Source: Armatimonadota bacterium
Lineage (GTDB): Bacteria > Armatimonadota > SYMT01
DNA length: 64,000 nt
Assembly (NCBI GenBank): GCA_041690135.1
Contig: JAWLHY010000003.1
Span: forward strand, 416,001-480,000
Reading direction: 5' to 3'
The position numbers and the translations under genes were made by a program. The stretch's first letter is position 1; each line of letters opens with the position of its first letter. The notes below the pieces were generated by a model, which saw only the letters and a program-made list of their open reading frames with translations, did no database searches and was not told where the DNA came from. Shown in pieces: positions 60,031 to 64,000 of the stretch.

Positions 60031-61491
60031 ATGACCATCACCGAGATCGATTCCGCCCCCGCAATGCGGACAACGGTGGAGGGGCTGCGCCATCTGCCGA
60101 CGACGGCCCGGCCCTGCGTGGATGCTCGCGACGTCGTGGCGCCGCCGGGCTACACGGTAGAGGCCCTGATCGTGGGGCTTTCCCTGCCGACCAAACTCGA
60201 GTTCTCGCCCGACGGCCTCCTCTTCATCGGTGAGGGCGGCAGCACCTGGCCAACCCGCCCCGCCATGCCGCCGCGCATCCTCACCTACGATCCGGTCTCG
60301 GGCGAGCTGGAGGTCTTCGCGACGGAGGAGTTCGCCGGCCCGCGCGGGTTCGCCTTTCTGGATAACTCCGTCTACGTCAGCTCCAAGGGAGGCTACCGGG
60401 GCCGCATCGATGTCTACGACCGGACCACCCGCGAGCGCCGCACGCTCATCGAGGAGATCCCCAGCGGCGGTTGGCACGAGCCGGGCGGGCCGATCATTGG
60501 GCCGCATGATGGTCTCCTCTATTTTGGCCACGGCAGCGTCAGCCTGAACGGGATCGTCGGCCCGGCCGGGTTCACGGTGGACATCGCCAAGCACCCCCTG
60601 GCGCACGACGTCCCCGGCGCCGACGTGACGCTGACCGGAGACAACGACTGGAGCCGGAACCCGGCCGCGGTCTACCCGTTCATCACCGAGACCGGGGCCT
60701 ACAAGCCCTACGGCGTGCCGTCGCAGCAGGGGGAGAAAATCCAGGGCCAGTTGTGGTGCAGCACCGGTATCTGGCGCTGCAAGCCGGACGGGACCGACGT
60801 GGAGTTGATCGCCTGGGGGGTCCGCAATCCCTGGGGCATGACCTTCAGCCCGGATGGCGACCTCTACGTCGCCGACCTCTGCATGGAGGAAAAGGACCCG
60901 CGCCCCGTCGGCCAGGACCCGGGCCGGGTGTGGCACATCAAGAATGCCCGCACCCCGCATGGATCCGTCACCACGCCGGACTGGTACGGCTTCCCCGACA
61001 TCTGTGGTGACGGTCTGCCTGTCGATGCACCCGAGCATCGGCCCTTGCGCGGCCCGGCTCCCACCCGTCTGCTTGCGGACCCGCCCCCGTGGGCCGGGCC
61101 CGCCGTGTACCTGAATGAGCCGCATACCGGCAACGGCAGCCTTGCCTACTGCCCGTACGAGGCCTTCGGGCACCCGGGCAAGCTGTTCCTCTGCCAGTTC
61201 GGCACCTACTGGCCGCTCAACTCGATGCGCCCGGAGCATGAGCACAACGGATTTAACGTGGTCGCTATCGACCCGGCCACCGGCCAGTCCGAGGTCTTCC
61301 TGCGCAACCAGGTCGCCGGCCCCGCGTCCGCCCATCCCGGCGCGGGCGGGTTGGAACGACCCGTGGACTGTGCCTTCAGCCCGGATGGGCGCAGCCTCTA
61401 CGTGCTCGATTTCGGCCTGAACACCGCCACGAAGAATCTCGTTGTCGCCTACGCTCACACCGGCGTGCTCTGGCGCGTCACCCGCCAGTAG
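60031..61491 (+). CDS. Glucose/sorbosone dehydrogenase-like beta-propeller protein, apparently cytoplasmic
   Basis: V..PPGY.VE; AWG.RNPWG..F.PDG; WYG.PD; GGLERPVD..F.PDG..LYVLDFG; TG.LWRV. Confidence 0.75.
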   Translation: MTITEIDSAPAMRTTVEGLRHLPTTARPCVDARDVVAPPGYTVEALIVGLSLPTKLEFSPDGLLFIGEGGSTWPTRPAMPPRILTYDPVSGELEVFATEEFAGPRGFAFLDNSVYVSSKGGYRGRIDVYDRTTRERRTLIEEIPSGGWHEPGGPIIGPHDGLLYFGHGSVSLNGIVGPAGFTVDIAKHPLAHDVPGADVTLTGDNDWSRNPAAVYPFITETGAYKPYGVPSQQGEKIQGQLWCSTGIWRCKPDGTDVELIAWGVRNPWGMTFSPDGDLYVADLCMEEKDPRPVGQDPGRVWHIKNARTPHGSVTTPDWYGFPDICGDGLPVDAPEHRPLRGPAPTRLLADPPPWAGPAVYLNEPHTGNGSLAYCPYEAFGHPGKLFLCQFGTYWPLNSMRPEHEHNGFNVVAIDPATGQSEVFLRNQVAGPASAHPGAGGLERPVDCAFSPDGRSLYVLDFGLNTATKNLVVAYAHTGVLWRVTRQ

Positions 61492-61516
61492 CTTCGGTCC
61501 GGAAGGAGATCCACCG

Positions 61517-62170
61517 ATGAATCCAGCCACCCTCCCGCCCCTGCAAACACCCGTTCCGCCGCCGCACGTTCCGGAAAACCAGGTCCGGCAGCCACTCCCC
61601 ACCGGCCCGGACGGCCAGGCGCCCGCCACTGCCCCGATCGCGATCGAGCTGGATGCGGAGACCTGGAAGGAGTACCTGGACCGCACAGCTCACTGGTTTG
61701 GTAACGTCCAGATGATCCAGACGGCGCACCGGGAGCTGGCGGAAGACACCCTCGGCAAGATCCACGAGACTCACCTGCGGCGCCTCCTGGAAGGAGTCGT
61801 CGAGCGGGCAAAGGTGCACGAACAGGAGGTGGAAAAGCTCTACCGGATCATCGGCCGGAAACCCTCCGGCACCCGCGCGGCGGGAGGGGTCGTCTGGGCC
61901 AAGTTCCGCGAGGCGACCGCGGACCTGATGTCCGGCCTGGGCGGAGGCGCGGCGGGTGGCTGGAAGGACATGCATCAGCTCTTCATCTCCAGCCTCAACA
62001 GCATCAGCGCGTGGGGTGCGGCCCAGGAGTTGGCGTTCGCCCTCGGTAACCGGGAGATCGTGGAAGTCACCTTCCCCGTCATCAACGAGAAGTTCGCCCA
62101 ACACCGGATGCTGCAGGAGCTCCTGATGGAAACAGCTACCCTCGCCATCCTCTACCGGGTCGATGTGTAA
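61517..62170 (+). CDS. Hypothetical helical protein, possibly ferritin-like
   Basis: Pro-rich N-terminus, then long amphipathic helices with E....H pairs (ERAKVHE, EKFAQH); AAGGAG Shine-Dalgarno. Confidence 0.5.
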   Translation: MNPATLPPLQTPVPPPHVPENQVRQPLPTGPDGQAPATAPIAIELDAETWKEYLDRTAHWFGNVQMIQTAHRELAEDTLGKIHETHLRRLLEGVVERAKVHEQEVEKLYRIIGRKPSGTRAAGGVVWAKFREATADLMSGLGGGAAGGWKDMHQLFISSLNSISAWGAAQELAFALGNREIVEVTFPVINEKFAQHRMLQELLMETATLAILYRVDV

Positions 62171-62176
62171 AATGAT

Positions 62177-62914
62177 TCACCGATTGTTCGTGTGAGCCGC
62201 GCCGTTGCGCCCGACGGGATGTCGCTTCCAGAGCCGCATGGTGCGGAGTTCACCGCGCCCCACGAGAAGACACGCCGCGGCCGTAACCAGGTAGAGGCCC
62301 AGGAGCAAGACCCACGGTCGCCCTTCCACCGCCGAGGCGCCGATACCGGCATACACCCCGGCGACCGGCACGGACCCGAGCAAGCTGCCGAGGGCGAACC
62401 GCGCGCCATCGAAGTGCGACGCCCCGGCGACGATCGCAACCGTCTCCGCCAGGAGGGGTAGCGGCCGTGAGAGGATGACGGCCGCTGTTCCCCACCGGGC
62501 CAACAGCGTGCGAGAACGGGACGCTTCCGGCGGGGTGATCCGCTGGAGGGGACCGCGCAGTCCACGTCCCAGCGAGAACGCCAGCATGGAGGCGGCGAAG
62601 CTTCCCAGCACGGAGAGTGCCGCGCCCGACCAGGGGCCGAACAGCGCCCCATTGGCCACCATTACCAGGCTGGACGGCACGGGCAGAACCACGTCCAGGG
62701 CAAGCAATAGAAGACTGGTCGTCGCGGTCGCGGGCCCGGCCTGTTTCGCCCAGGTCGTGGGGGCGAGGGCGGCTCCCACCCCGGCCGCTTCCAGTCCCAG
62801 GAAGAGCGCCAGCAGCACCACGGCTACTGAAGAAAAGAGGAGGGCCAGCCCTCCGGGTCGGAGAGCTGGCCGCATTCCATGATCGTGTATGGAAGTGCCG
62901 GGCCGCCGGGGCAT
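62177..62914 (-). CDS. DedA/VTT (SNARE-associated) membrane protein
   Basis: DVVLPVPSS.V...NG.LFG; ILSRPLP.LAE. Confidence 0.8.
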   Translation of the reverse strand: MPRRPGTSIHDHGMRPALRPGGLALLFSSVAVVLLALFLGLEAAGVGAALAPTTWAKQAGPATATTSLLLLALDVVLPVPSSLVMVANGALFGPWSGAALSVLGSFAASMLAFSLGRGLRGPLQRITPPEASRSRTLLARWGTAAVILSRPLPLLAETVAIVAGASHFDGARFALGSLLGSVPVAGVYAGIGASAVEGRPWVLLLGLYLVTAAACLLVGRGELRTMRLWKRHPVGRNGAAHTNNR

Positions 62915-63012
62915 GGCGAAAGTCCCTGTCTATGCGTGGAGTTGCCATGCCTTTGCCCGGCTTACGCCGTCATGAAACTCCGCGACGGGCTGGCGCCCAC
63001 CCTTCCGGGTAC

Positions 63013-63711
63013 TTACTTCGCTTCCGCGCTCTTCGCCGGCACGGCCTCCAGGCTGATCGCCACGTTCACGTCGTTGGCGAGCGCCAGGACGCCGTTATCC
63101 AGGACCTGGTGGTACTTCAACCCGTAGTCCTGCCGGTTCAGTCGCACCCGGGTCTCCACGCCCAGCCGGGATCCGGCGCGAGGATCCTTCACCGGGCCAC
63201 CCAGGCGGAACGGCAGCGAGACTTCCCGGGAAACGCCGTGCATCACCAGCGTGCCGTGGGCGACGAAACCGTTCTGCGTCTTTTCCACGCGGCTGCTCCG
63301 GAAGGTGATCTCCGGGTACTTGGCCGCATCGAAGAAGTCCGGGTTGCGTAGGTGCTCGTCACGCGCCGGGATGTCGGTGTCGATGCTGGCCGTCTTGATC
63401 GTCACCTGAACCGAAGCCTTCTCCGGGTGATCGCTGTCGGCGACGATCGTGCCGGCGAATTCATCGAACCGCCCGCGGATGGTCGCGAGCCCCATGTGCT
63501 TGATCGCGAAGCTGACGTTGCTGTGGAAGGGGTCGATGGTCCAGGTGCCCTTTAAGGGCATCGTCGCCGGAGCGGTTCGGGGGGCGGGCGCCTGCGCGCG
63601 CATTTCGGAGGCGCTCCAGCCGCCCCAGAGGAGGATTCCGGCCGTCAATGCGGCGGTGGTCAGTGTGCGGGTTGTGCGCTGCACCGGGTGGGTTCCTTTC
63701 AGCGGGTCCAT
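63013..63711 (-). CDS. YceI-family exported lipid/polyisoprenoid-binding protein
   Basis: W.ID..HS.V.F..KH.G; SIDT....RD.HL...DFFD..KYP.I.F; LNR.DYG. Confidence 0.9.
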   Translation of the reverse strand: MDPLKGTHPVQRTTRTLTTAALTAGILLWGGWSASEMRAQAPAPRTAPATMPLKGTWTIDPFHSNVSFAIKHMGLATIRGRFDEFAGTIVADSDHPEKASVQVTIKTASIDTDIPARDEHLRNPDFFDAAKYPEITFRSSRVEKTQNGFVAHGTLVMHGVSREVSLPFRLGGPVKDPRAGSRLGVETRVRLNRQDYGLKYHQVLDNGVLALANDVNVAISLEAVPAKSAEAK

Positions 63712-64000
63712 CAGGGATTCCTAAAAGGTGGGGGTGGGTGGCTGTCCTGCTTGCCATGCGTCCACCGCCTACACCACCTTATCCACCGGCGCCTGCCGCA
63801 GACAATCGGTTAGTCCAGTTCCCGCGCCCGTCACAATCGCTGCCGGGAAGGGGATCGGGATCCGCTTCCCTCGATTCGTTACGCACTCTCATTCCGGTTC
63901 CCCCTGCGCTTCCTACTCCCACTCGTACCTTTCCGAAGTCTACAACCGTGGGGGCCTTTATCCTTATCTCCCGGTCCTCATCGGCCGCAGGCTTGCATCC

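Overview
GC-rich bacterial chromosomal window with about 52 protein-coding genes. I saw no rRNA, tRNA, CRISPR array or transposase. The gene content (DUF1549/DUF1553, DUF1501, DUF4058, Uma2, PQQ-like propellers) resembles Planctomycetota/Verrucomicrobiota/Armatimonadota, but the taxon cannot be fixed from sequence alone. Layout: (1) 0.5-12 kb: M24 peptidase, homocysteine S-methyltransferase, a livKHM-G-F ABC transporter interrupted by a Tat-exported phosphodiesterase and repeats, Uma2 nuclease, gcvH and a lipoyl/octanoyl transferase. (2) 12.3-32.2 kb: a 20-kb co-directional cluster that looks like an uncharacterised biosynthetic or modification pathway. It encodes a Na+/solute symporter, an EhpF-like truncated adenylating enzyme, an ALDH-fold protein lacking the general-base Glu, an Fe-alcohol dehydrogenase, two exported PQQ-like beta-propellers, a HemN-like radical SAM enzyme, a chorismate-lyase-like protein, a CxxC-bearing GT4, a thioesterase, a PaaK-like CoA ligase and a LolD/FtsX-type exporter. 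This is the best candidate for a new system. (3) 32.5-46 kb: Spy/CpxP with a two-component system, a 731-bp element with ~200-bp inverted arms, a serine hydrolase, and a DUF1549/DUF1501/PPC module. (4) 46-64 kb: a signalling/stress region with hybrid kinases plus orphan CheR/CheB, a SpoIIE-type phosphatase, NhaP, a Csp copper-storage protein and YceI. Many intergenic gaps hold REP-like hairpins, short-period (6-10 nt) microrepeats and small inverted-repeat elements. All product calls come from motif recognition in the translations, not from database searches.
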